A stretch of DNA of 64,000 bases from Nitrospirota bacterium (GTDB lineage Bacteria > Nitrospirota > Thermodesulfovibrionia > Thermodesulfovibrionales > Dissulfurispiraceae). Position numbers and translations under genes: made by a program. Position 1 is the first letter of the stretch; the number at the start of each line of letters is the position of its first letter. Positions 37,085 to 46,097 of the stretch are shown here, piece by piece. The notes under the pieces are model-generated. The model saw only the letters and a list, made by a program, of their open reading frames with translations, had not been told where the DNA came from and did no database searches. The stretch lies in contig CAWBMP010000003.1 of assembly GCA_963790025.1 (NCBI GenBank), positions 160,001-224,000 of the forward strand, in the 5' to 3' direction.

Positions 37085-37632
37085 CTCCCCCCGGCCAGCG
37101 CCGATACGTCCAGCTTCACCGATAGCTCTCTGGGATCATTGAAATTCTTGATGCGTGCATCAAGTTCCTTTACCACAAGGTACGGGGTCCGCGTCTCGAT
37201 TGCATAAAGGACATCAGCCAGTGCCCGAGTATCAGGAAATGTTACGTCCATGCTGACGTTGATCACCGTGAATTTTCCAAGCGTCTCGGGTTTGCTCACA
37301 CGCTCGCTCGATGTTGTTCCGCCCCTCGCAGTGATCATACCTTTCACCGTTTCACTCAAAGACGCAGCTATAATGGACGGGGTCTGCCCCTCCATTAGTT
37401 TTGAGTTTTCTGTCTTCCTTAATTCTTTAAGTGCCGCAAGCTGTTTTTGCAATTCCGGCTTTTCCGCAACAAGCGCCGTATATTTGGCGAGCGTTCTGCT
37501 CTTGGCCGTCTCTTCTTCCTTCATGACGGCCAACTGCGACTGAACTCTCTGATAGCCGTACTGGTACGCAACAAGAACTAAAAGTATCACGATCAGCGGT
37601 ATCGAAAATAACAGGAGTCTATTTTTTTCCAT
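37081..37632 (-). CDS. gspM: T2SS GspM/PilO-like protein
   Basis: TM helix, coiled coil, ferredoxin-like C-terminal domain (LYAIETRTPYLVV); gene order. Confidence 0.7.
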   Translation of the reverse strand: MEKNRLLLFSIPLIVILLVLVAYQYGYQRVQSQLAVMKEEETAKSRTLAKYTALVAEKPELQKQLAALKELRKTENSKLMEGQTPSIIAASLSETVKGMITARGGTTSSERVSKPETLGKFTVINVSMDVTFPDTRALADVLYAIETRTPYLVVKELDARIKNFNDPRELSVKLDVSALAGGR

Positions 37633-37670
37633 TTTGACTCTCTGGCCCTTTGACACTCTGACACTGTCTT

Positions 37671-39251
37671 TTATTGCTTTGCATTCGTTTTTCCCTGTGT
37701 CCGGCTTAAAGCACGGCCTGGAGGCCCTGCCTGCTGGCCTCTACTGCCGGCTGCTGTCGGCTGGGTTTGTTTTATTCCCTTGATTTCCATTTTTATACTA
37801 AACCGGTCTGAGTTCATGCGAACGTCCCTGAACGTCGGAGTAGAGAACTCTGCCTTGCCAAAATATTGCGATGCCTCGAGCCTGGACAAGAGTTCAGAGG
37901 CGGATTTTGAATAACCCTCGATCTCTGCCCTCGATTCTATTATCCTGAATCTCGTAAGCCAGGCCGACTTGGGAAGGACCACTGTCAGTTCTTTCAGTAT
38001 AGTTAGCACCAGCGGCCTGCTTTCCTTGAATCCGTTGATTCTTGCTATCTCTCCATTAACAGCTTCTATTTCCTTTTTCAGTGCCTCGGAATTCTTCGCT
38101 TCTGCCTTGCCAAGCTTTATCTGACGATCAATCGCCGCAAGCCTTTGCTCTTCAACCTGTATCGGTGCCAGAAAGTATCCAATGCCCAGGGCCAGCAGGA
38201 TCGCCACAAGGATTGCTGTCAATGCCAGGGGTATCTCTGCCTTTGCACGCCGTCCCCTTGTGAGCAGATCCAGCTTTCCCGACCCAGGGCTCAATGATTC
38301 CATCATTCCGCCTGTCGCCGGATAAGCAGCTTCCTTTTGTTCATCCAGCATTACTACCGGAATTCCCAATCCCGTCCGCACCCTCTCCCTTAAAGCCGGC
38401 CTGCCGTCCCTGAGCAAGGCGTATATATGCCGGTCATTGCTTCCATCCTTTGCTGCGGCCATCAGCGGTTTTATATCAGCCGCTATCCTTTCGGCCCTCG
38501 ATTTGTCGTCTTCAGCTGAAAACCTCCAGCTGACTACTTCATGCAGGGTGCCGCCCAGGAACAGCGCACCTTCGTAGTCATCCCCCTCCGTCCCGATAAA
38601 TAGAAAATCCCCCTGTTTGCTCCCTTTGCTGATAGTCCGGCACAACTCCCCCATACCCGCGATATTCAACGTAACACTGTCCACTATGTACCCCTGTTCT
38701 CCAAGCGCCCCGATGTATTCGTTTATTTGTTCCACTTTCGCTGCTGAGATTACTATTTTTATCTTCCCGGCACTCTCACCTGCTATGGTGAAGTCATAAA
38801 AAGCCTCCTCAGGTTTGAAGGGCAGGAGCCTGTCGAACTCATAAGTTACGGCATTGGATATGTTCTCCCTGACAGCAGCCGGGAATTCGGCAGACCTGAT
38901 TATGGCCCAGGCCTTCGGGATGCTCAGGGTGACGCCTGCTCCCGTAACACCGAGTTCCTTTGCAGCCAATGTTACCGCGGAGGCCACCTCTTTCGGCAGA
39001 GGGTAGGCATGGTCGGCAGACGGGTAATGTTTTACTCCCCTGACCGTAAGGGACGACAGAAAGCGCGTGCCGTATGCTACCGACACGCCGCTCCTTTCAA
39101 CAGCCACGCAGAGGGCCTTCCTCAATGCGATCCGGTCATCCGCAGCGCTGAAAACAAAGATGTCCCTTAGAGGGACGGCAATTCTGCCTATCCACGATAA
39201 TGTATTATCAATAAATGGGCCTATCTTCCTGATAGCTTCTATTTTGTTCAT
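37671..39251 (-). CDS. gspL: T2SS GspL (actin-like cytoplasmic domain plus PilN domain)
   Basis: YEFDRLLPF, single TM helix, LPKSAWLT...IEGYS...LE.S.YF PilN motif. Confidence 0.75.
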   Translation of the reverse strand: MNKIEAIRKIGPFIDNTLSWIGRIAVPLRDIFVFSAADDRIALRKALCVAVERSGVSVAYGTRFLSSLTVRGVKHYPSADHAYPLPKEVASAVTLAAKELGVTGAGVTLSIPKAWAIIRSAEFPAAVRENISNAVTYEFDRLLPFKPEEAFYDFTIAGESAGKIKIVISAAKVEQINEYIGALGEQGYIVDSVTLNIAGMGELCRTISKGSKQGDFLFIGTEGDDYEGALFLGGTLHEVVSWRFSAEDDKSRAERIAADIKPLMAAAKDGSNDRHIYALLRDGRPALRERVRTGLGIPVVMLDEQKEAAYPATGGMMESLSPGSGKLDLLTRGRRAKAEIPLALTAILVAILLALGIGYFLAPIQVEEQRLAAIDRQIKLGKAEAKNSEALKKEIEAVNGEIARINGFKESRPLVLTILKELTVVLPKSAWLTRFRIIESRAEIEGYSKSASELLSRLEASQYFGKAEFSTPTFRDVRMNSDRFSIKMEIKGIKQTQPTAAGSRGQQAGPPGRALSRTQGKTNAKQ

Positions 39252-39282
39252 CGTACTTTGTATGTGGTCCTTATTCCGTTTT

Positions 39283-40230
39283 TTAGTGTACTCTGTATGC
39301 CGGGCTTTTATAATACACGTATTTGCATTTATTCTGGATGTCGATGATTACAGTCGCTTTGACAGGATAGCCGGCTTTCTCGTCTCCTTTGAGCCCCTGC
39401 GATTCCACAGTGAAGACGTTGGTTTCATCCACAGTAATATAGGGGACAATAAGACTGTAACCGCCTGCGACTATCTGCTGGACTGCATCCAACTTCTTTA
39501 TGGGCTGGTCCTGCCGGGTCTTGATTATCTGATCAGCCAGGTCCGCAGTCATGCCGGGCAGGGCCATTATGACTTCTTTCGATGCATAGTTGAGGTTCAC
39601 AAGAGTACTCTTGGAGTTCACTGTTAGAAAATCAATGATGCCCTTTTGATTGCCGTCTCCGTAAAGTATGGCAGGAGTCACTCCCTTGACGAGCAGAAGT
39701 TCCTCAATAGTGTCGAAATCGGCCTTCTTCGTTTTGTATGGATTTGGCAGCGACATATAATAATCATCTCCTGCGCCATTAAGCCGTGTCAAGCCGCTGG
39801 GGTCTTTGAAGTCCATTATGGAGTCCACAATCTTATCGGCTTCATCGTCCTTTATTCCGATGTTCAGAAGCAAGTTTTTCAGCAATATATCAGGGACCTT
39901 GTTGATGTCCAGTTTGCCAGATTCTCCCATGATACTAACCGAATAACGTCCTTCGCCCACATGATCTGTATATGTAGTGCCGTCGGCCCCCCACACTTCC
40001 ATGCCCGGCAATATTATCTCATTATTCAAATTTTGCCTGCGATAAATGATCTCGAATATTCCCCGCTCGATGCCGGCATCTGCAAGCAATTTTCTTTCCG
40101 CATTGTCCCTGAAAACCATGGAGGCATGCGTTTCCGTCCTGGCAAGAAAAGAAAAAGACAGCACCAGGACCATGAGAATCGCCAGCGCCCACATGACCAC
40201 GAACAGGGCAATGCCGTCATTCCTACCCAT
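39283..40230 (-). CDS. gspK: minor pseudopilin GspK
   Basis: G|IALFVVMW cleavage site, ESGKLDIN, FDTIEELLLVKG, VNLNYAS; start approximate. Confidence 0.88.
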   Translation of the reverse strand: MGRNDGIALFVVMWALAILMVLVLSFSFLARTETHASMVFRDNAERKLLADAGIERGIFEIIYRRQNLNNEIILPGMEVWGADGTTYTDHVGEGRYSVSIMGESGKLDINKVPDILLKNLLLNIGIKDDEADKIVDSIMDFKDPSGLTRLNGAGDDYYMSLPNPYKTKKADFDTIEELLLVKGVTPAILYGDGNQKGIIDFLTVNSKSTLVNLNYASKEVIMALPGMTADLADQIIKTRQDQPIKKLDAVQQIVAGGYSLIVPYITVDETNVFTVESQGLKGDEKAGYPVKATVIIDIQNKCKYVYYKSPAYRVH

Positions 40231-40846
40231 TGGTGACATTGGCAATCGACACGGTTGCATCCTGCGGACCCCCTACTTTCATCGGAATTATCAGCAATGT
40301 CTCGCTGCGCCCATTGACAAGATGCAGACGGATTTTATCAGGCATTGTGTCGGTGCCGGACCACTGGTCAGTCCACGTGCCCTTTTCGTCTGTAGGACCT
40401 TTATAGAAATATTCAAAATAGATATGATCCAGGAAGTCAAAAAGCCTCACATCTCCCCTGCCAGGTTCTCCTGTAGCGCTCTCTTCAACATGCAATTCCT
40501 GCTTTCCCCATGCATCGGACATTACCTTATAACTTACCATCACGTATCCGCGCCGGCCGCTCCAAAGGGAATAATTGCTGGGGAACTGCATGGATAAGCC
40601 GTCGCCTTTAAACAAAAAAGTCTGTCCCGCTTCTTCCTGTGTTGCAATTACCAATGCCGATTGTATCTGTGAATCGACGATATTCAAAGATGCCCTGAAC
40701 CTTTCGAGCGATCCTATCCTTCTTTCTCCGGAATCCACAGTCCGCAAGCCGAGCCGCATGGCCAGACCGATAATCACTATAATAATTCCGATCATGGTAA
40801 CGGATATCAGCAGCTCGATAAGCGTATAACCATTATTTTTTTTCAT
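40223..40846 (-). CDS. gspJ: minor pseudopilin GspJ
   Basis: G|YTLIELL type IV N-methylation motif; gene order. Confidence 0.8.
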   Translation of the reverse strand: MKKNNGYTLIELLISVTMIGIIIVIIGLAMRLGLRTVDSGERRIGSLERFRASLNIVDSQIQSALVIATQEEAGQTFLFKGDGLSMQFPSNYSLWSGRRGYVMVSYKVMSDAWGKQELHVEESATGEPGRGDVRLFDFLDHIYFEYFYKGPTDEKGTWTDQWSGTDTMPDKIRLHLVNGRSETLLIIPMKVGGPQDATVSIANVTNG

Positions 40847-40873
40847 TTGTTTCTTAACTCTGACACTGTTGGA

Positions 40874-41404
40874 TTAAATTTCCTTCTTCACTACTTTCAG
40901 GGTCCTGACAGTCAGCCATCTGTCCCATGGTCCTTTTCTCCACAGTACCGTGATTCCTATGTCAAGCATCCTTACCTGCAGGTTATCAGCCTTTTCTTTA
41001 AGCGTCTCTTTTACAGAAGCGTTTATCCGGTAGCCGTCATCGGTAACTTCACTCCAGTCCTTCTCCGCAAGAGCATCGTCGGCAAGCAGTTCCCGCATCC
41101 TGGACTCCGCTTTCACAACTGCGGCAACATAATCCTGAGAGACCGTTATGCCCCTGAGGTCTGCAGAAAAGAGCCGCACTATGATAAGCAAGGCTATGGC
41201 CACAAGTGCAAGCGCCACAAGAATTTCGACTAAGGTGAAACCGGAAACCGGTGCACATCGTTCGACGTTCTTCGTTCTGCGCTCTCGCACCCCAAAAAGT
41301 CTGCAACTTTTCGGGGACCCCCTCTGCACCCCAAAAAGTCTGCAACTTTTCGGGGACCCCGTCTTTGACAGAATATCAGATAACGTGAATTTACAGAGTG
41401 CCAT
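40874..41404 (-). CDS. gspI: minor pseudopilin GspI with unusually long, repeat-containing leader
   Basis: G|FTLVEIL motif preceded by a ~55-aa leader containing GSPKSCRLFGV twice; start coupled to the gspH stop (TAATG). Confidence 0.8.
   Translation of the reverse strand: MALCKFTLSDILSKTGSPKSCRLFGVQRGSPKSCRLFGVRERRTKNVERCAPVSGFTLVEILVALALVAIALLIIVRLFSADLRGITVSQDYVAAVVKAESRMRELLADDALAEKDWSEVTDDGYRINASVKETLKEKADNLQVRMLDIGITVLWRKGPWDRWLTVRTLKVVKKEI
41288..41360. repeat. two identical 34-bp hairpin elements, 39-bp period, in frame in the gspI leader
   Basis: CACCCCAAAAAGTCTGCAACTTTTCGGGGACCCC at 41288 and 41327. Confidence 0.92.
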
Positions 41405-41850
41405 TATTTCATCACCACCGATCCGACTACCGGATCAATAATAATTCTGATTTCCTTTTTTTTACCGGCAAGTATGATTGTTCCACCCTGCACCGGACCT
41501 GCCGGCTGAAATGTCAGGGAGTATGTCCCCTTCCTGATCTCACCGGCATAAGGGTCCAGCACCCTTACGGTAATATCCGAATCAATGCTTTTACGGCTGC
41601 GACCATCTATGCCGTACTGTCTTGCATCGAGGTCAATATACAGTTTCTTGCCTGCGCCGTCAATCTGCGTAAGCTGATGGGCATAATGGATAGTTGCAGA
41701 CAACTCACGCGCCGCAGCACTTAGCTTGTTTGCCGTCAATGTATTTGAGAAAAAAAGCGTGGTAAGTCCCATTATGAGCGCGATAAGGACCATGACGATC
41801 AGCATTTCAAGCAGCGTAAAGCCATGTTTGTTCACTATACAGAACCCCAA
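41404..41850 (-). CDS. gspH: minor pseudopilin GspH/FimT-like
   Basis: G|FTLLEML motif; C-terminal F.P.G...GG.I.L. Confidence 0.8.
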   Translation of the reverse strand: MGFCIVNKHGFTLLEMLIVMVLIALIMGLTTLFFSNTLTANKLSAAARELSATIHYAHQLTQIDGAGKKLYIDLDARQYGIDGRSRKSIDSDITVRVLDPYAGEIRKGTYSLTFQPAGPVQGGTIILAGKKKEIRIIIDPVVGSVVMK

Positions 41851-41973
41851 ATGAAATTAACCAAAGAAGCACCGAGACACAGAGAAAAAATTGTTCATTA
41901 AAAAGGCTTTTCGATTTTTAACTATCATCATCTTTTCTCTGTGCCTCCGTGTCTCTGTGTTTTACTTTACAGG

Positions 41974-43164
41974 TTAAAACGGAAGGTCCGTTATGCTGAA
42001 TATAGCGGTCAGCATCGAAATAACAATGAACCCGATCACCAGCCCCATCCCGAGGATCAAAGCCGGTTCCAGAAAGCTGATAAGCCTCTTGACCGAAGAC
42101 TTCAGGCTCTTCTCATAAGTAGAGGCAACCCTTATCAGCATCGTATCCAATTGTCCTGTCTCTTCACCAACCTTGACCATCGAGAGTGCCAGTTGCGGAA
42201 ATACCTGCGTGGCGGCAAGAGGTCCTGCTATCCCCTTGCCTTCCTTGGCGCCTCTGGAGACGGCATCAATGGCGGATGCGATGACCTGGTTGCTTATAAT
42301 ATCTTTGGCATTTGAGAGCGCCAGAAGCAGGGGCACCCCGCTCTGAAGCAGCGTTCCCAGTGTCCTGCAGAACCGGGCGGTCTCTATTTTTGTGATTATG
42401 TCACTCAGCAATTTGAGCTTGACGGCGTCGAACCTGTACCTGCCTTCTGCGGTCCTGATATAACCCTTGAATGCCAGCCATATACCAAACACGCCCGCAG
42501 CCATCAGCCACCAGTATGATTTCAAAACGTCGCTTACGGAAAGCAGTATTTGCGTCGAAAGCGGCAGGGCCGTTCCCATCTCTTTAAAAATCACGGCGAA
42601 TTTCGGCAGCACGTATGTGAGGAGGACCCCAATAGATATGCTGCTGGTGAGTATAAGTATCACCGGATAAATCATCGCGGAAACGATATGGTCTTTCAGT
42701 TCTTTTGAAGACTCCAGGAATTCATTTAGCTTGTCAAGTACCACGTCGACAACGCCGCCGGACTCGCCCGCCCGTATCATATTCACGTAAAGTCTCGGAA
42801 AGACCTTCGGATGGCGCTGCAGAGCATCGGAGAAAGAATTGCCCTCGCGCAGTGATTTCGCAATGCCCTGGACCACCCTTTTCATCTCTCCGCTTTCGGA
42901 TATCTCAGCCAATATGCCCAGGCTCCTGTCAAGGGGAAGTCCAGCTCCGAGCAATGCAGAGAGTTCAGCGGTGAAGGTCACGAGGTCGGCCGTGCCGGAC
43001 CTGAGGGAAAACCGTCTTTTCTTCTCTGCCTGGGCACTGATATTCAAAAGAATGACGCCCGACGTCTTGATCCGCTCCAGCGCTGCAGCCTCATCCATGG
43101 CTTCTATAAATCCATCGGTGACCGCACCGTCAGGGGATGCCGCCCTATATGAAAAAATCGCCAT
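41974..43164 (-). CDS. gspF: T2SS inner membrane platform GspF
   Basis: LLGAGLPL, MIRAGESGG, AMIYP, VGEETG, LEP. Confidence 0.93.
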   Translation of the reverse strand: MAIFSYRAASPDGAVTDGFIEAMDEAAALERIKTSGVILLNISAQAEKKRRFSLRSGTADLVTFTAELSALLGAGLPLDRSLGILAEISESGEMKRVVQGIAKSLREGNSFSDALQRHPKVFPRLYVNMIRAGESGGVVDVVLDKLNEFLESSKELKDHIVSAMIYPVILILTSSISIGVLLTYVLPKFAVIFKEMGTALPLSTQILLSVSDVLKSYWWLMAAGVFGIWLAFKGYIRTAEGRYRFDAVKLKLLSDIITKIETARFCRTLGTLLQSGVPLLLALSNAKDIISNQVIASAIDAVSRGAKEGKGIAGPLAATQVFPQLALSMVKVGEETGQLDTMLIRVASTYEKSLKSSVKRLISFLEPALILGMGLVIGFIVISMLTAIFSITDLPF

Positions 43165-44675
43165 CAGCCTTCCTGCGTCACCCTAAGCAGTTCACTCAGA
43201 GTAGTCATGCCGGCCTTTATCTTTTCAACTCCATCTTCAAGCAGGGTCTTCATCCCGTTGCGCCGTGCCAATTCCCTGATCTTGTTTGCATCCACATTGT
43301 GCACGATAAGGTTGCGCAAATCATCGTCCACCACGATCAGCTCGAATATTCCTATCCGGCCGCGGTATCCCGTAAAAGAACACTTATCACATCCGCGCCC
43401 CTTATATGCGTCTGAAATCCGGAGGGCGCCATACTCTGCCGATGCCTGATCGGGCTCTTTGCATGAGGGACAGATTGATCTTACAAGTCTCTGTGCAAGT
43501 ATTCCGCGTATAGTGGATGTCAGCAGGAACTTCTCTACACCCATGTCATGCAGTCTGGTGATGGCGCTTGGGGCGTCATTGGTGTGGAGTGTCGAGAAAA
43601 CAAGGTGGCCCGTGAGGGCCGCCTGGATCGCTATCTCCGCAGTATCGAGGTCTCTCGTTTCTCCTATCATTATGACATCGGGGTCCTGTCTGACTATATG
43701 CCTCAGCGTGTTTGCGAAATTCAGGCCGATTTGCGGCTTTATCTGCATCTGGTTGATCCCTTTGAGCTGGTACTCCACAGGATCTTCAACGGTAATGATC
43801 TTTTTATCAGGGGAGTTTATTTTGTCAAGCGCTCCATAGAGCGTAGTTGTCTTCCCGCTTCCCGTAGGGCCGGTTACAAGTACTATGCCGTTGGGCCTCG
43901 TGATCAACTGCTCAAAAGCAGCGAGTGTTTCCGGGAAAAAGCCGAGACGCTCAAGGTCAACTACAATACTTTCCTTATCCAGGATCCTCATCACCACGCT
44001 TTCACCATGCACGACGGGTATTGTAGAAATGCGCAGGTCAATTTCTTTTTCTCCCACTTTAAGCCGTATGCGGCCATCCTGCGGCAGTCTACGTTCGGCA
44101 ATATTCAGCTTTGCAGTAAGTTTGATTCTCGATACGATAGCAGCCTGCAGCTTTTTGGGCACCGATTCTATATCATGGAGGATGCCGTCAATGCGGTACC
44201 TGACTTTCATCTCATCCTGAAAAGGTTCGATGTGTATATCGCTTGCCCTGTTCTCAACAGCTCTGACTATAAGCATATTGACCAATTTGATTATGGGAGC
44301 CTCAGACGCAAGGTCTTTCAAATGCCCTACGTCCTCTTCATCATTTCTCAGAAACTCAAGCCCGCTCTTGTCGCCTATCTCTTCTATAAGCTTGTTTATG
44401 TCCTGCGATTCCTGTCCGTAGAATTTCGACATGTACTCGTCGAGCACACCGTTATCCACGCCGTATACTTTAATGTCTGCGGAGGTTGCGACACGGAGAG
44501 CATCGATAGTTGACCTGTCAGCAGGATCTGCCATAGCCACACTCAACACATTATTATTGAAATCCAGGAGCACTATCCTGCTCTCGCGGATAAAACGGGA
44601 GTTTATGCCCCCAAAAATAAAGGGGACCCTGGGCATTTCCTCAAGTTTCAGATAGGGTACTTCTTTAGTCATCAT
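43164..44675 (-). CDS. gspE: T2SS ATPase GspE
   Basis: ASDIHIEP, GPTGSGKTTT, EDPVEY, RQDPD, TGHLV.STLH, CPSC...CDKC. Confidence 0.95.
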   Translation of the reverse strand: MMTKEVPYLKLEEMPRVPFIFGGINSRFIRESRIVLLDFNNNVLSVAMADPADRSTIDALRVATSADIKVYGVDNGVLDEYMSKFYGQESQDINKLIEEIGDKSGLEFLRNDEEDVGHLKDLASEAPIIKLVNMLIVRAVENRASDIHIEPFQDEMKVRYRIDGILHDIESVPKKLQAAIVSRIKLTAKLNIAERRLPQDGRIRLKVGEKEIDLRISTIPVVHGESVVMRILDKESIVVDLERLGFFPETLAAFEQLITRPNGIVLVTGPTGSGKTTTLYGALDKINSPDKKIITVEDPVEYQLKGINQMQIKPQIGLNFANTLRHIVRQDPDVIMIGETRDLDTAEIAIQAALTGHLVFSTLHTNDAPSAITRLHDMGVEKFLLTSTIRGILAQRLVRSICPSCKEPDQASAEYGALRISDAYKGRGCDKCSFTGYRGRIGIFELIVVDDDLRNLIVHNVDANKIRELARRNGMKTLLEDGVEKIKAGMTTLSELLRVTQEG

Positions 44676-44741
44676 TGCTTTCTCTCAGTTCTTCAGCTTC
44701 TTGCCTTTCGCCTCGAACCTATAGCCTATTGCCTTGTCTTT

Positions 44742-45248
44742 TCATTCCCAGCTTACAACGTCCTTGTCTTCGCCTTCGCCCCCTGGATTGCCGTCTCTAC
44801 CAAAGGAATAAAGATCAAATTCTCCATGAGTGCCGGGGCAATCGTAGTGGTAAGGTCTTCCCCACGGGTCGTTAGGCACACCCTTTCTCAGATACGGCCC
44901 CTCCCATTTTTCGATTCCGGGATTAGCGACCAGGGCATTCAATCCCTCCTGTGAGGTTGGATATCTGCCGGTATCAAGCCTGAACTGGTCTAACGCTTGT
45001 TCGAACAACTCAATCTGCGCCTTTGCAGCACCTTGCTTCCCCTTTCCCAGTTTTGGAAAAAGCTGGGGCCCCACAAGTGCCGCCAAAAGACCCAAAATAA
45101 CCAGTACGACAAGCAGCTCTACAAGTGTAAATCCCTTCTCTCTCGCCCTAGCCCCAGAAAGTCTGCGACTTTCCGGAGACCCCCTTAGCACCCCAGAAAG
45201 TCTGCGACTTTCCGGAGACCCCGTTTCAATACAAGAGTTTCGCAGCAT
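44742..45248 (-). CDS. gspG: major pseudopilin GspG with repeat-containing leader
   Basis: G|FTLVELL, LDTGRYP...GL.AL, WEGPYL, DPWG; leader contains GSPESRRLSG twice; alternative start at 45293. Confidence 0.92.
   Translation of the reverse strand: MLRNSCIETGSPESRRLSGVLRGSPESRRLSGARAREKGFTLVELLVVLVILGLLAALVGPQLFPKLGKGKQGAAKAQIELFEQALDQFRLDTGRYPTSQEGLNALVANPGIEKWEGPYLRKGVPNDPWGRPYHYDCPGTHGEFDLYSFGRDGNPGGEGEDKDVVSWE
45150..45222. repeat. two 34-bp hairpin elements, 39-bp period, in frame in the gspG leader
   Basis: (AG/CA)CCCCAGAAAGTCTGCGACTTTCCGGAGACCCC at 45150 and 45189. Confidence 0.92.
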
Positions 45249-45524
45249 CACTTGTTTCCTCCAAATGGCTTTCCAACTTCCATGTTTAGTCATGAATTAT
45301 ATATAGGAGACATTAAAAACATCACTCAATAAAAATAGAATATCTCTCTGTAAAGTATCACTAACAGAGCATACAAGTCAATGCGTTAACAATCCAGGAG
45401 TTCCCCCATTTTTTTAAAACTATAAAAGACCACTTCTTTAAAACTGTATCCGCTTATTCTTTAATGACTTATTTCTTTTATGCCCCTATTTTCGAGGGCA
45501 GTCCTGGTTAACAAACCCTGGATA

Positions 45525-46097
45525 CTAACACTTCTTTCGCCTGAAGCGGTGGACTGCCCAGACAGCGATACCGATACCTGATATCATAAACAACACAACG
45601 ACCTCAAAGTGTTTTACATCATGGATCAGCTTCTCAATGGCGTACCCGAAAAAATATCCCCCTGCGGAGACCACTACCGACCATATGAGCGCCCCTATGG
45701 CATTAAACAGGATAAAACGTTCCGCTTTTACGCCTTTGTTCATACCGAGGACTATCGGAGTCAGAATTCGAATGCCATACACAAATCTGAAGCCTACCAT
45801 TATGAGATCATGATACCGGGCCATAAGGCAGTGCACCTTATCAACGCGTTTTTCCCACAGTTTATGCCGTTCCAGCAATTGCCTGCCCTTGATCCGTCCT
45901 ATAAAGAAGTACAACTGGTCGCCGGAGAAACTCCCTATAAATGCAACCAGCATTACAGCAGACAGGTCAAGATACCCCAAACTGGCTACAACACCGCCTA
46001 TCAGCAATATCGTTTCTCCTTCAATAAACGTTCCTGCAAGCAAGGCATAGTAGCCGTATGTCTCTACAAGTGAGCGAAGCAGCGTACTTTTATCCAT
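45525..46097 (-). CDS. DedA family membrane protein
   Basis: YGY.AL..GTFIEGE, GDQLYFFIGR, FRFVYGIR; start coupled to the nupC stop. Confidence 0.9.
   Translation of the reverse strand: MDKSTLLRSLVETYGYYALLAGTFIEGETILLIGGVVASLGYLDLSAVMLVAFIGSFSGDQLYFFIGRIKGRQLLERHKLWEKRVDKVHCLMARYHDLIMVGFRFVYGIRILTPIVLGMNKGVKAERFILFNAIGALIWSVVVSAGGYFFGYAIEKLIHDVKHFEVVVLFMISGIGIAVWAVHRFRRKKC

Noticed and set aside
41288..41360. 34-bp palindromic direct repeats as a mini CRISPR array (also 45150-45222)
   Set aside because: Only two units each, 5-nt spacers, in frame within genes, and no cas genes in the window.
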